Positions 1 through 12,382 of a stretch of DNA of 45,718 nt are shown here, in pieces. The stretch is from assembly GCA_010093995.1 (NCBI GenBank), contig ML992537.1, positions 1 to 45,718 of the forward strand, in the 5' to 3' direction. The number at the start of each line of letters is the position of its first letter. Position 1 is the first letter of the stretch. This DNA comes from Elsinoe ampelina. Its lineage: Eukaryota. The notes beneath the pieces were generated by a model that saw only the letters and a list, made by a program, of their open reading frames with translations, was not told where the DNA came from and ran no database searches. The translations under genes were made by a program, and so were the position numbers.

Positions 1-490
1 GATTAATAAGGTTCTATATCTTAGTGTTTAATACTCTTATCTTAATAATATATAGCTAGCTAGCCTATTTAGCTAATATAGTAAGAATAATAGGTGTTCT
101 AGCTATTAAGGTGTTAGTATCTATAGTTGTTTATCCCTTTGTTAATACCTAAATCCTATAGTTATAGTTAAGGCAGTTCTTAACAGATTCTAATGCTTAA
201 AAAGCGAGATAGTAGAGAATTGACTAATAAATAGAGTAGGGAAGTAACTAAGTAATGTACTTATATAGGGGTAGTTATACTAGGCTTATAACTGTTAACT
301 TATATAGGGGAGGAAAAAGGATTAATTACTGCCTAATCTACTAAACTAAGGTAGATTATAACTATATAAATACTTAACCTAATGAATTAAGAGATAGATA
401 AATCAATAGAACTCCTAAGTAATAACAGATTAAGACAATAACTATCCAATTTGATCATAAATTAGTAGAGTAGTAGATAAGTGTTTAGTT
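1..490. repeat. RIP-degraded AT-rich repeat/transposon edge (family not identifiable)
   Basis: Very AT-rich with abundant TpA/TAG/TAA and almost no CpG or CpA. No ORFs. Composition grades back to about 50% GC near 490-560, the same texture as the RIPed Copia interior. Confidence 0.75.
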
Positions 491-1373
491 CAACCTTAGG
501 ATGAACTGAATCAGGGTCTTCTTGGCGCTCCAGCTTATACCTCGGTTGACAGGCATACCTCGGTAGCGTGGGGGCTTCCACGTGGGGGCTTTGACTTTGT
601 GCTCGAGCAACAATTTCTGTGTTCTGTGCACACCTGGAATCAACATTAATTCTTCAAAGAGCTGGGTATCCAACGCGAGCAAATGGTCAACTGAGGACCA
701 TCAAACGACGTCAGCCATGCCAACAATTGACCGGCAGCACGACAGTCGGAAGCAAGCAGATGTTTATTCACGATTGCACGAAAGCGGAAGTTTGCAAATC
801 TCACGTCATTGTGCCTGAGGATCCTGGCGCTTCCAGCTCCTCATGATCGGGAAAATAACCAAGGGAACACTGACAGCCACGTCAAGCCACTCATGCTCTT
901 GATCTCGGACTGCGCCATTTCGTCGTGTCGATCCGGCATGACATCCTAAGTGGTTCTCTGGGATCCATGGCAGACCAATCATGGAGCAAGCCTGTCTTTG
1001 ATGCCCATGCTCGCGTTTACCATTTCTGTACTGCCATCCAGGTTCTTCAGCCATGCCGCACGAGGGCTCGACGAGCGGCTTGTGAAGACGAGCATCTGGA
1101 AGCGAAGCAGAGATAGCTAAGTAAATGGACGTCAGAGCTTTCAGATTGCTTTTCCAGCAGTCATCTTCACACTTTGGGAGCTTCATCTATCCTGCTGACC
1201 ACACGGCTCCGCACCACTGCGAGATCACCATTCGCTTTTCATGACAGCCAGCACACGTCAAACTTATGACCATGAGGTGACTTGCTGCTAATCGTCTCCT
1301 CATATCTCACTCAATATACTTAATGTCTACTTCTATTCGACACCTCTCACGTTGACGCACCAGGATCATCACA

Positions 1374-1901
1374 ATGCCTACCACACCCACCACGCCTTCA
1401 AGTGTCGACCCGTTTTCTTTCGAAGCTCTCATTATGCAGAGTGAGAACTTGATCCGAAGCTGGTCAGGCTTCTCAAGAGACACGCTGCTGCGCGCTCCAA
1501 GCACAAGCTCACAGGCCTCGCGGAGCACAACGACATCCACGACATCCTCCACGGAAAATCCTCACTTGGGCCGCACTACTCAGCAAATGACCACATCACA
1601 ACCTCCACCTATCCCAGCGCGAGCACCAGGTCACTCCTTCCATACACCCAGACAACCACTCCGCAAACGCCGTTCACCAAAAGTACTCTCCTTGCGCGAG
1701 CTCAGAGCAAAAGACTCCGAGGCACAGCTCAGATCAGTCTACGAGACACAGACGCTTGCGTACCTCAACGACGACATCCAGCCATATAGCAGGCCTGGCG
1801 GCAGTCGCCTAAAGTGGTCATATTCCGAATCGAGTAGCGAGGAAGACATCAAGGAAGAACCAGAAGAGGACGAGCAATACTTCATGGCGCCGGAGAAGTG
1901 A
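1374..1901 (+). CDS. Hypothetical low-complexity protein (175 aa)
   Basis: ATG in a good context (CACAATG). Ser/Thr/Pro-rich N-half, a basic patch (PLRKRRSPK), a helical-looking segment (LRELRAKDSEAQLRSVYETQTLAYLN) and an acidic tail. No family recognised. Confidence 0.55.
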   Translation: MPTTPTTPSSVDPFSFEALIMQSENLIRSWSGFSRDTLLRAPSTSSQASRSTTTSTTSSTENPHLGRTTQQMTTSQPPPIPARAPGHSFHTPRQPLRKRRSPKVLSLRELRAKDSEAQLRSVYETQTLAYLNDDIQPYSRPGGSRLKWSYSESSSEEDIKEEPEEDEQYFMAPEK

Positions 1902-2360
1902 TCGGAGCAATATGGGGAAAAGTCGCAAAGGTGCCCGAATTGCAAGGAAGAGGAAGGAGGTGTAGATGAGTTGCGCCAGCGGCGCGGTGGATGGCTGAGA
2001 ATATTACGCGATAACGACATCAAAGGATGCATGACTACGGACATGCCTGGGAAAGAGGTTAATGGTGGAGGGGAGGAAAAGTCAGCAACGTTGCTGCTGA
2101 CAGGAGCTTGAAGCTCGGGAGTCGGCACTGGCAAGGGGAGCAAAAAATTGCCCCGCATGTTGACGTGCCCCACCATGACGATGAGCATGCATGATTTGAA
2201 TTCAATTCGGTTGCTCGCAGGTTTCTCAGCAATCTGAGTGGTGCTTAGTGATCAGATAGTCGTCCTTGACCCTCAAAAACAACTATTTCCTTCGCGTTGT
2301 CGACCTCGAGCGAACCCTTAATCCTGCACGGTATTGCTTTCCAAGACACCACCAGACAAG

Positions 2361-3421
2361 ATGGCCACCACCATGCGAGCAGTCGGCACGCCTCCCTTTC
2401 CCTCTGCTACATACCCTCCTAATCCATCCAAGCAATCAAAAACGACAAGGGCCCCGCCACCTCCCTGCACATCACCACCATCCCCCGCCCCGCCCCCACC
2501 GACACCCAAGCCCTCATCCGCGTCCGCGCCTTCGGCCTCAACCGCATGGACCTCCTCCAACGCGAAGGCCTATACCCCGTCCCGCCCCAAGCCCCCTCGA
2601 CCCTCGGCGTCGAATTCTCCGGCGAAATCGTCTCCATCGCACCAGGCGCCGAACGAGGCTTCAAAGTCGGGGACGCAGTCTTCGGCCTCGCCTACGGGGG
2701 CGCGTACGCCGAGTACATCGCCGTGTCCACCCACATGCTGGTCCACAAGCCGGATGAGCTATCGTGGGAAGAAACGGCGGGGATACCCGAGACGTGGATC
2801 ACGGCGTTGCAGGCCATGTATCTCATCGGCGAGTTTGGGGAGGGGAAGAGTATACTTTGGCATGCCGGGGCGAGTAGCGTGAGTATCTCCGGGATGCAGT
2901 TGAGTAAGGCCGGGGGAGCGGGGAAGGTGTTTGCGACGGCGAGGCAGGATGGGAAGTGTGAGTGGATTGAGAAGACGTTGGGGGCGGATAAGGCGTGGAA
3001 TACGGAGAGGGAGGATTGGGCGGGGGAGGTGTTGAAGAAGACGGATGGGAAGGGGGTAGATGTCATTGTGGATTTTGTGGGAGGGAGCTATTTTGCGGAT
3101 AACCTCAAGGCGGCGGCGAGGGATGGGAGGATTGTGAATCTGGCGACGTTGGGAGGGGGGAAGGTCACGGGCGATGCGGATATTGGCATGTTTGTCAGGA
3201 AGAGGTTGAGGTTTGAGGGGAGTAGTTTGAGGAGTAGGGATGAGGATTATCAGGGTAAGTTGAGGGATAAATTGGTGGAGACGGCGTTGGATAAACTCAA
3301 GAGTGGAGAGTTCAAGAGCCACATTGAAAAGGTTTTCGATTGGGAACAAGTGGTGGAGGCGCATCAATTGATGGAGAGCAACAAGACAAAAGGCAAATTG
3401 ATCTGCACGATCAAGTGGTAG
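2361..3421 (+). CDS. NAD(P)H:quinone oxidoreductase, PIG3/zeta-crystallin (MDR) family; exons 2361-2385 and 2433-3421
   Basis: Splicing gives MATTMRAVAIKNDKGPATSLHI...VRAFGLNRMDLLQREGLYP...LGVEFSG...GGAYAEY...ETWITA...HAGASSV...KGVDVIVDFVG...KGKLI. Intron 2386-2432 has branch CTAAT and acceptor AG, but a GC donor. Confidence 0.9.
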
Positions 3422-3764
3422 TTGATGACTGTAGGAATAATCGTTACTCGTAGAGAGCTTGCATGAAGCTTGGACCACTTTTTTTCCCTCGTTGCTCCGG
3501 GGCGTTTGTTTACGCAGCCAAATAGTGCGCCGATCCCGAACTTCGGCTCACTCAACCAAGGACACAGAACACCTCCGCCAACTACCAATCTCTGCTATCA
3601 CAGCTCTAGTCCACAACGTTTTTGAAACGAGTCCACGTTCGCTGGGCCGCCTTCATTTTCAGCACGAGCTCCCACACGATTAAACGACGTCAGACAATGT
3701 TTTCATAGCACCACCACGATTCGCTTGTGTACATTCCTCAGAGGAACCCATTCCTCGACAAATC

Positions 3765-6700
3765 ATGCCTTCGGTCGACAGGGAAGCCTCTCGCGACCGC
3801 GACCTGCGGCATCAACATTCATACTCGGAGTCTGGCCGCTTGTCGGTGCCCATGTAAGTCTTACTATCCATTCGTGCCGACCATGAAGGACAATGGGACT
3901 GACCAGAGTTCTTTCCAAACATAGGTGGGATAGCGCAGACCCAGACAGATGTCCACCACCTTTACCTATCCCTCCTGGATCACCCAGTCTTCAGACAAAG
4001 TCCAATGCATCCGCCGGTATACAAGCAGCTGCGAACAAGCTACACGAACGCGCCCGCGAAAGTCTCGGATCAGCTTACCTCGCAAACGCTTCCCCTTCAT
4101 CTTCACCCGAAAAGTCGCTCATCAAGGGCGCAGCACACAGGCGCATGCAGTCGGCGCATGCCTCGAATGGAAAGGACCTCAAATCTTACCTTGATGGTAT
4201 GCGATCAGGATCGCCGGAGCGCACGCCAGGAGCGGCAGCAGAATACTACTCGTCATCGAGCAGTCGACCGGATACACCTACCAGAGCTTCTGCGAAGCCA
4301 ATTCTAGGAGAGAACACACCGCCGTCTGCCACAATGCGAGCTCTACAATCTGCAGTGGTCAAGGACGACTCATTCCTTTCCGACATGACGAATGGAAGAA
4401 TCTCGAAAGGAGCCGATCCTGAAGTATCGGCACAGCTACTCAAACTTACCACAATCGCCACGAATCTGCAAACAGAAATGGCCGCCCTCAGCAGAAGAAG
4501 CAAGGACAATGCAGTGGATCTGCTCGGCCTGAAAGAAGCAGCCACGAAGCGTGACGAGGACATCAAGAAGAACATCAAGGACCTCATCACGAGCCCACAT
4601 CTCTATGGTCCTTCTTCTCCTAGCTTAGGAAGATCGGGTCACTTTGGACTTGGACTGCTCGACAGCAAGGCATACAGCTCACCACCTCCCATGCCGCGTG
4701 CAGCTAGCCACAACTCACTCATGGATGCCGGCAGTCCCTCACCGTACTCCGTCGAGGGTGCGGCTAGCGTGGCAATGCTGGAGAAGATCATCCGAGAGAT
4801 GGTCACCAAGGAAGGACAGGAACGTCTCCTCTCCACTCTTTCCGAACTCATGGATAAATCCAGCAAGATGTCGACAGAGGCAGTGACCAAAGTTGAAGAT
4901 CTGGCCGAATTCATCAAAGAGAAGCAGCGTGCGCAGGCACTCAACGCTGCTGCCTCCAGTAATGCACTAGTGCGCTCAGCATCACCTACTGAGCTACCAG
5001 CCGATCTCAAGACACTTCTCGGCAAGATCAAAGACAGCGTCACTTCCAACGGTGGCATGACCGCCGAGATCAAAGCGCTCATTCGTGAGTTGCGCGGCGA
5101 GATCCTCGGCATGGGTCGCGAACTTGGCCGCAAATTGGACCAAGTAGATCATTCGGCCACCAACTCTCGCTCTGCCACAGATGACCAAGCCTCACGAATG
5201 GAGATGCAGCGTGTCGTGAACCAGTCTGTCCAAGACTTGCGCGACCATATGGAGAATCTGATCCAGGAATCAGCCCGGCAATCGTCTGCTCTCGTACAAG
5301 CTCGTGGAGAGTCAAGCAGCGAAGACATGTACGCCGTTGTCAAGCATGCTTTGTCAGAGCATGGTGATGCGCTAGCAGTCAGCGCAGCACCCAACTTCGA
5401 TAAAGAAGAGATTCTATCTGCTGTGCGGACTGCTTGTGAGAACTTCAAACCTGAAATCGAACTGCAACAATACGGACTGGAGCGAGACGAGATCCTCGAA
5501 GTGCTCAAGGAAGGTCTGGATGAATACCGCGCCAGCCAAGAAGCAGTCGCAGCCTCACAAGTCAACAAGCAGGAAGTCTTTGACGCCATGCAAGAAGCTC
5601 TGCAATCTGTGCAACTCCCCAGCCCGATCCTGGACACTCATGCCATCAAAGCTGACATGCTCGCATCAATCAGAGAATGCTTGGAAGAATTCAAAGGCAC
5701 AAACCCAGCTCTGGGAGAGAACCCGCTGGACGACGGCGCTACACGAGAATTGATCAACAACGCCATCCGTACTGGTCTGGAAGAGCACTCCGACAAGACC
5801 CAACGTGTCATGGAGATTAGTCGCGACGATCTCTTCGACGCCGTCAAAGCCGGGCTGGACGGTTCAAGCATCCCCTTTGGTGGCTTCGGTGAGCAAGTAC
5901 TTCAGCAACTCCACGAGCTCGTAGACGGTATGAAGGTCGAATTCAAGCAATACTCGGCCGCCAACGGACGCGACACCGAGCAAGTCCTCGACGCAGTCAA
6001 GGATGGTCTTGAAGTGCTCCGTGGTCAGATCGAGACCTACGTCGACCGTGCGCAGGACGTCACCGGAAAAGACGAAATCATCGAAGTCGTCCGCACAGGA
6101 TTGGAGAATCTCCGGACGGATGTCCAAGGATTCGTGTCTGAAGGACCGAGTCACGGCAAGGGCGACTTGCTGGATTACATCAGGAGCGAGTTCGAGCACC
6201 TGCACGCTACCATTGGAGGGGATCCGCTAGATCGAAGCCGAGACCTCATGGGCGACAAGTCGGATATCCTGGCTGCTATCGAAGGCATGAGGTCTGAAGT
6301 CGGCGCCAGAAGTCTCGGATCAGAGGTCGGTGGTGAGTCGATGGAGAGTGTCAAGGAGGAAATCGCACATCTCCGCGATACCCTTGCACCACTGCTCATT
6401 AAGGTCGGTGCAGCTGCGGACAAGGACGAGATGCTAGCAACCATCAAAGAGGCCATCTCCGAGCTGCCTTCTCAGCCAGGAGGCATCAACACCGACGTCC
6501 TGGAGGCCATTCGCGGCGAGTTCGAAAACTTGCAGTCCACCGTCACAAGATCGAGCGGCGGCCGGGCAGACATGGAAGAAATGCTCGACACGATCCGTCT
6601 TGGTCTGGACGATTTACGCTCACACGTCGACAAAAGGACCGAGAATCCCGAGAAGCACATCCTAAACGGCGAAATCTTGGATGCGCTGAATGAGGGCCTG

Positions 6701-9700
6701 GACAATCTCCGTTCAGACGTAAACAAGACGCTGGAAAAGCCGGTCGATATGACGGTCACTTATGAGATCCTGGATACACTAAAAGAAGGCCTCGCCGGTC
6801 TCAGAGCGGACATGGACAAGCTTTCCTCTCGCGGCAGAGGCACTTCGCCTGTTGGAGATGCGATCGTGCTGGCCGACGCTTCAATCACGAGAGACGGACC
6901 TGACGGTGTCGCTGCGCCAGTCACAACAGACGGCCTGAAGAAAGACGACCTCGAGAAGATGGAAGTACTCCTCGCGCAACTTCAGATCAAGGTCGAGGCG
7001 ATGGATCGGAACATCCAGGATATGCCTGTGCCGGAGTCATCCGAGGGTGCTACCGCTGGAATCAATCCGGAGCAATTGGCTGGTCTGGAGAGCATGATCA
7101 AGGACGTCCAAAGCGCTGTGGCTGATATCGCGGCGAGAGAGCGAGCAGAGGTCGAAAATGCTGTGACCAAAGCTGACACCGACGCCATTGAAACACTGCT
7201 GAGGAACACAAAGTCTCAGATCGAAGAGCTGCGAATTCCTGGCGTCGAAGACTTGGCGACACGGGAGCAGAGCGATGCCGTCGAAGCCGTTGCGCGCGTG
7301 GCAAAGGAAGCCATTGATGCTCTGACCGCGAAAGTGGAGGAGAACGTCGCCACCAAAGCTGATGTCGCTGTTGTCGAAGTCCTGGCGTCGGACGTCAAGG
7401 CTGTGCTAGATGAGCTGAAAGAGAAGACGGGTGGTCTGGCTGAGGAGGAAGAGGCGAAGCGTCTGGTCAAGTCCGACATTGATGTCTTGGGCGTCATTTG
7501 CACCGAGATCAAGGACAAAGTGTCTGAGATGGTGCTTCCTGATGTCGACACGCTACCGGATAAGGCGGATGTCGAGCAGCTGCAGGGTCTGATCAATGAT
7601 CTTCGCGAAGCGCAGGAGAAATTCCAGGAGCAGTACGATAAGGATATCGGCGTCACTGCTCAGGCTTTTGATGATCGCCGCAAGGATACAGAGGAGATTG
7701 TTGGATCTGTCACCGCCATCAAGAGCTTGCTCGAGGAGTTCTCCCAGCAGGCTACTGATCGCGAGGAGAAGGATGATGGTCTCTTCGATGAGCTCAAGAA
7801 CAGTCTGACCGCTATCACCGAGAAGGTAGAGACGAACCCATCGATCGCCGAGGACGTCAAGGCTCTTGTTGAGACGGTCAAGACCGAATTCGAAAAGGCC
7901 ACTGCTTCTCTCGACTCCATCAAGACAGACCACGGCGATCAGCTGTCCTCACACGCCGAGAAGAGCACCGAACACAAGGATGCCATCATCGCTGATCTGT
8001 CGGCCAAGATCGATTTGCGCATGGATGAGCTAGTGGCAAAGTACATTGAGGCCCAGGCATCCGGGGAGGAGAAGGCTGCCGCGCAAGAAGAGCTTGTCAA
8101 GTCGACCAAAGATCTCGCAGACGAATTGAAACTCAGCATCGATACGCTCGGCACCGCCCTCACTGCATCCACGGCCGGCTTCAACGAATCCAGTGAAAAG
8201 CTCAGTCAAGAGAGCAAGACTGTCTTCAACCGCGTCGACGACGTGTTCAACAAGCTCGATGAAACGCAGACTGGTCTACAAGGTGAGCACGCAGCTACCC
8301 GCGATGAAGTGATCAAAGTTGGTGAAGGCGTGGCTGGACTCAGGGATGAAGTGGCCGAGAGCAACCCCAAGATCTTGATCGGCCTGCAGGAGCTCAAGGC
8401 GCTAGTCGAAGCACATTACGACCATGCAAAGACCACAGCGGGTGAGCACGCTGATGCTCTTCGTGGTATGGGTGAGAAGCACGAGAGCAAAGTCGGGGAG
8501 GTCATGACTGCTTTCTCAGCTGCGAGGGCATTGCCCGACACCGAAGACACGGGAACCAAGATCGACGAGTCGGCGCTTCATAAGAAGCTGGACCAGCTCT
8601 TGTCTCGCTCCGTCGAGGTGGGACCGGATACATCGGTACATGAGAAGCTGGACAAGTTGGCAGAGTCAGTCCCTGGCAACAACGCGGAGTTGCTCGAGAA
8701 GATCCACGCGTTCATGACCGCTTCCGAGGGGGAGGGCGAAGGCAGCAAGGCTGTCCAACTTGAGCGTCTGGACGCGATCCATGCCCAGATGATGGCCACC
8801 GCGGCAGAAGTCACTGCTTTTGTCGCGACACAGACGCAACGCATCAGCGACGAGCAGGACACCAGGGAGCGCGAAGCGGAGGAGCTCAGCAAGGTGATTG
8901 CACAGCGGGAGACGCGAAAAGAGGATCTCGAGGCGGACATCGACGTCTTGTCTTCCGACCGCGACGAGCTGCGCGGGGAAGTCGCTCGTTTCAGGGAAGA
9001 GAAGGAGGCATTGGGCCGGGAGAAAGCCAAGCTCGCCGCCGACGTGCACGCTCTGCACGCCGCCTTGGCGATCCGCAAGGAGGAACTCGCCGCCATGGAA
9101 ATGCGAGCTGACCAGCTCGAGCGCAGAGTCTTGGAGGGACTGATGGACCAGAGCCGCGCGGCCATGATCCGGTCCTCTGTCGCTGCCTCCTCCGCGGGGT
9201 TGGCAGGGAGGAACAAGACGCCGAAGACCAGTCCGCGCAAGAAGCCAATGCGGGATTTGAGGGTGGTTAGTGGCCAGAGTGACGCGAGTACGCTTAGCAC
9301 CGTCACGGCGCCGTTTAGTGCTGTGAGTAGCGTGGCGCCGAGTCTGGCTAGTTCGGTATCGGTCGCGGCGCAGGCGGTGGTGAGGCAGAAGGTTAGTCGG
9401 CCTAGTATGGCGCGGAATGAGAGGGGTGTGCAGGGGGCTGGGGCGGAGAGGCGGATTATGAGTTTGAGTCAGATCAGCCATAACGCGGGAGGCGGTAGCG
9501 CAAGGCAGAGCCTTGTTGGGTTGCCGGTTGTCAGTGCGCCGAGGCAGGGACTGGAGTCGTTGAAGAGAAGCCAAAGCGTGAGGACGAGTGGGCTGGGCGT
9601 GGGGAGGAAGAGTAGTTGGTCTGCAAGCGGGGCCGGGATCGCGAAGAGGGGTTTCACGCCTTTGGGGCTGAGCGTCATAGGGGACGAGGAGGGGGACAAG

Positions 9701-10312
9701 GAGAACGAGTTCGAGGATGCGGAGAGTAGGCGCACGAGCGCCAGTCGGGAGAGCAGCTATACCCCGACCGAGACCGGGAGCGTGATCACCGGCGACGACA
9801 GGTCGAGGTACAGCGAGAGTTTCGTCGAGTTCTCGGACGCAGGGAGTAGGCGGACCAGCGGACAGACCGTCACTGACAGCGAAGTATCGAGAGCCGAGAC
9901 CTTGGACGACGGGAGGAAGAGCGTCGACTCGGCCATGGCGAGCTTGATCGCTCAAGAAGTCCGGGAGCGCATCGCGGACGGGGAACTGGACGACGACGCG
10001 CGCACGGAGACGGATCTGGGTGTGGTGAGCAACGTCGGCACTGTCGACGACGACGGGGAAGCGGAGGCGGCGATCGTCATCGCGACACCGGTGGTGGATG
10101 AGGGTGCGGAGGATGGGCAGCTGGTTCTGCAGGCGGGCACGGCGAGTGTGGATTTTGCGTCGGGGAAGGGCAAGGAGGAGCAGGAGGATCGTAGGGGGTT
10201 CGTGACGCCGGCGGATAGTGGGTTGGGGAGCGATTTGCCTACGGCTGCGCTGGGGAGTGAGTTTGGGGGGTATTTCCCGAGGGCTGAGGCGGGTGGGGTG
10301 GGGGCGGAGTAG
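3765..10312 (+). CDS. Very large conserved fungal coiled-coil protein (often auto-annotated 'chromosome segregation ATPase family'); exons 3765-3853 and 3925-10312
   Basis: 2139-codon ORF. Intron 3854-3924 (GTAAGT...CTGAC...TAG) joins ...RLSVPM to WDSADPDRCPPPLP. Long acidic heptad-rich region with recurring segments (AVKAGLDG, AVKDGLE, ALNEGLD, TLKEGLA). No ATPase Walker motif seen. Confidence 0.85.
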
Positions 10313-10712
10313 GGGGTTTCGAGATGGAGGACTGAGGAGGAGTGGATGAGGGAAATGGGTATGGGTGGTCGACTTGTATAGTATTTCTCTTGGGGCCGCT
10401 GGGCGTATGATAGGTGACGAAGCCAATCGTTTGTTCTTTACTGTGTCTCATGGACGATCGTGAAGAGATGTGAATGTGACATTCAACGGCCTGTTACTCG
10501 AAGAAAACGCGTCGAGGATGTTCCATCTGGCGACACGTGAGGTTGAAAGAAAATTTGACTTCACGTCATCCACGACTTCAGACAAAATCAACCACCTCAC
10601 CGAGCAGCACCACCTTTGCAACGAAAGCATCGATATTTGACACATCGACGAGGAATTTTGGAGAGTGCCTGATGATCGGAATACTCCAGCCAGAACGACC
10701 GAATATGCCTTG

Positions 10713-12317
10713 ATGCTTCAATGCTGCTGGCGCATACAAGCACGATTTAGAGTCGTTGGCAAATATGCGAGGAACAGATACTTCGCTTCGCCTTCTATCG
10801 CCTTCGAACAGAACCGCCCAAGCATAAGTGATCATCAGGTCTGGTCTCGCTTCTCCAGCACTGCATATCCCCGATTCAAAATGGCAGAAGCAACGATGAC
10901 CCCGGTCGATCAGACCTTGCCCGGCGGCGGCGAGGCCAGCAGTACACAGATCGTGCCTATCGCACCTAGCAAACTGGGTGAATTCCTGGATGGCGCAAAC
11001 TGGCCGTCTCAATTACCGCTGGACGACTGGTCACTGGAGCTCTACGATACGGCTGATGCACGACATCTGGTAGAGGCCGCGCAATTACTTCGAAATTCTA
11101 CCATCCCCGTGGCTTTTCCAACAGAGACGGTATACGGCCTCGGTGCAGATGCTACCCGTTCCGAAGCAGTCAAGGGTATCTACAAAGCCAAACAGCGACC
11201 CTCGGACAATCCTCTCATCGTCCACATCGCCAGTCTACAGCAGCTGCGATGTCTCCTCCTCGGGTCCCGCTCGGCAACGAATCCATCGGTGTACGAGCCA
11301 TGCACGGATCCAATACCGGATATATACAAGCCTTTGATCGAGAAATTCTGGCCTGGTCCGCTGACGATACTCCTGCCTGTGCCCGAGAATTCGCCACTCG
11401 CGCCGGAAACGACTGCTGGTCTGGCTACGTTTGGGGCACGGATGCCGAGGAATCTGCTGGCGCTTGCTTTGATCAAGCTTGCGGATAGACCGATCGCGGC
11501 ACCGTCTGCGAATGCTTCTACGAAGCCATCTCCGACTGCGGCTGAGCACGTATATCATGATCTGGCCGGGAGGATAGAGATGATTGTGGATGGCGGACCG
11601 TGTCAAGTCGGGGTAGAGAGCACAGTGGCGGATGGGTTGGTCAGTCCGCCTGTTATTCTCAGACCGGGTGGTGTGAGTATTGGCCAGATCCGGGAGGTGA
11701 AAGGGTGGGAGAAGACGACGATCGCGTACGAGGATAAGGCGTTGATGGAGGGGAAGAAGGAAGGACCCAGGGCGCCGGGGATGAAGTACAGGCACTATAG
11801 CCCGAAGGCAAAGGTTATGCTTTTTGAGAGCGGGAGGGATTGTGGTATTGATGACCTGGCTGGTGCGGCGGGGTCGAAGAGACGGGTTGGTGTAGTTAGG
11901 ACTAAGAGGTGGAAGCAGATTGGAGTTGAAGAGAAGACGATCACCAATGGTCGGGTGGAAGCAGAGGACGGCACTACACATCTTGAATCGGTAGGAAAAC
12001 ATGTCAGGGAGCACAAAGCTGGGTTGCCTACCGACTCGCCCCTTGTGCAGATGCTGGCCGAACAGTCGCAGTATCAAGCCAGGCAGATCCACGAGGTTGA
12101 GCTGGCAACAGATGACGGTGCAATCATGGTCTTGGATATCAGCATCGGACCGGATACCATTGATATTGCAAGAGGATTGTTCTCCGCGCTGCGAGATCTG
12201 GACAAGAAGGATCTAGACGCTATCATCGTCGAGGGTATAGAAGATGGGAGCGGAGATGATGTTTCTGCAGCAGTCATGAACAGGCTGCGCAAAGCGGCGG
12301 AAGTAAATGTATTATAG
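10713..12317 (+). CDS. SUA5: Threonylcarbamoyl-AMP synthase (Sua5/YrdC plus SUA5 C-terminal domain); second in-frame ATG at 10881
   Basis: Motifs VAFPTETVYGLGADA, IYKAKQRPSDNPLIVH, FWPGPLTILL, AAPSANAS, GVESTV, ILRPGG, APGMKYRHYSP and AVMNRLRKAA. Confidence 0.95.
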   Translation: MLQCCWRIQARFRVVGKYARNRYFASPSIAFEQNRPSISDHQVWSRFSSTAYPRFKMAEATMTPVDQTLPGGGEASSTQIVPIAPSKLGEFLDGANWPSQLPLDDWSLELYDTADARHLVEAAQLLRNSTIPVAFPTETVYGLGADATRSEAVKGIYKAKQRPSDNPLIVHIASLQQLRCLLLGSRSATNPSVYEPCTDPIPDIYKPLIEKFWPGPLTILLPVPENSPLAPETTAGLATFGARMPRNLLALALIKLADRPIAAPSANASTKPSPTAAEHVYHDLAGRIEMIVDGGPCQVGVESTVADGLVSPPVILRPGGVSIGQIREVKGWEKTTIAYEDKALMEGKKEGPRAPGMKYRHYSPKAKVMLFESGRDCGIDDLAGAAGSKRRVGVVRTKRWKQIGVEEKTITNGRVEAEDGTTHLESVGKHVREHKAGLPTDSPLVQMLAEQSQYQARQIHEVELATDDGAIMVLDISIGPDTIDIARGLFSALRDLDKKDLDAIIVEGIEDGSGDDVSAAVMNRLRKAAEVNVL

Positions 12318-12382
12318 CTCGTCATTTTAGAACATAGACATCCTACTCATGGGCTTATCATACCCTCTAAACAATAACACGC

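Noticed and set aside
485..1186. Short ORFs next to the RIP edge
   Set aside because: No recognisable domains, codon bias or splice-supported model.
8666..10426. 586-aa minus-strand ORF and many other ORFs antisense to the coiled-coil gene
   Set aside because: Shadow frames of a GC-rich, codon-biased real gene. Low-complexity Pro/Arg/Ser translations with no motifs.
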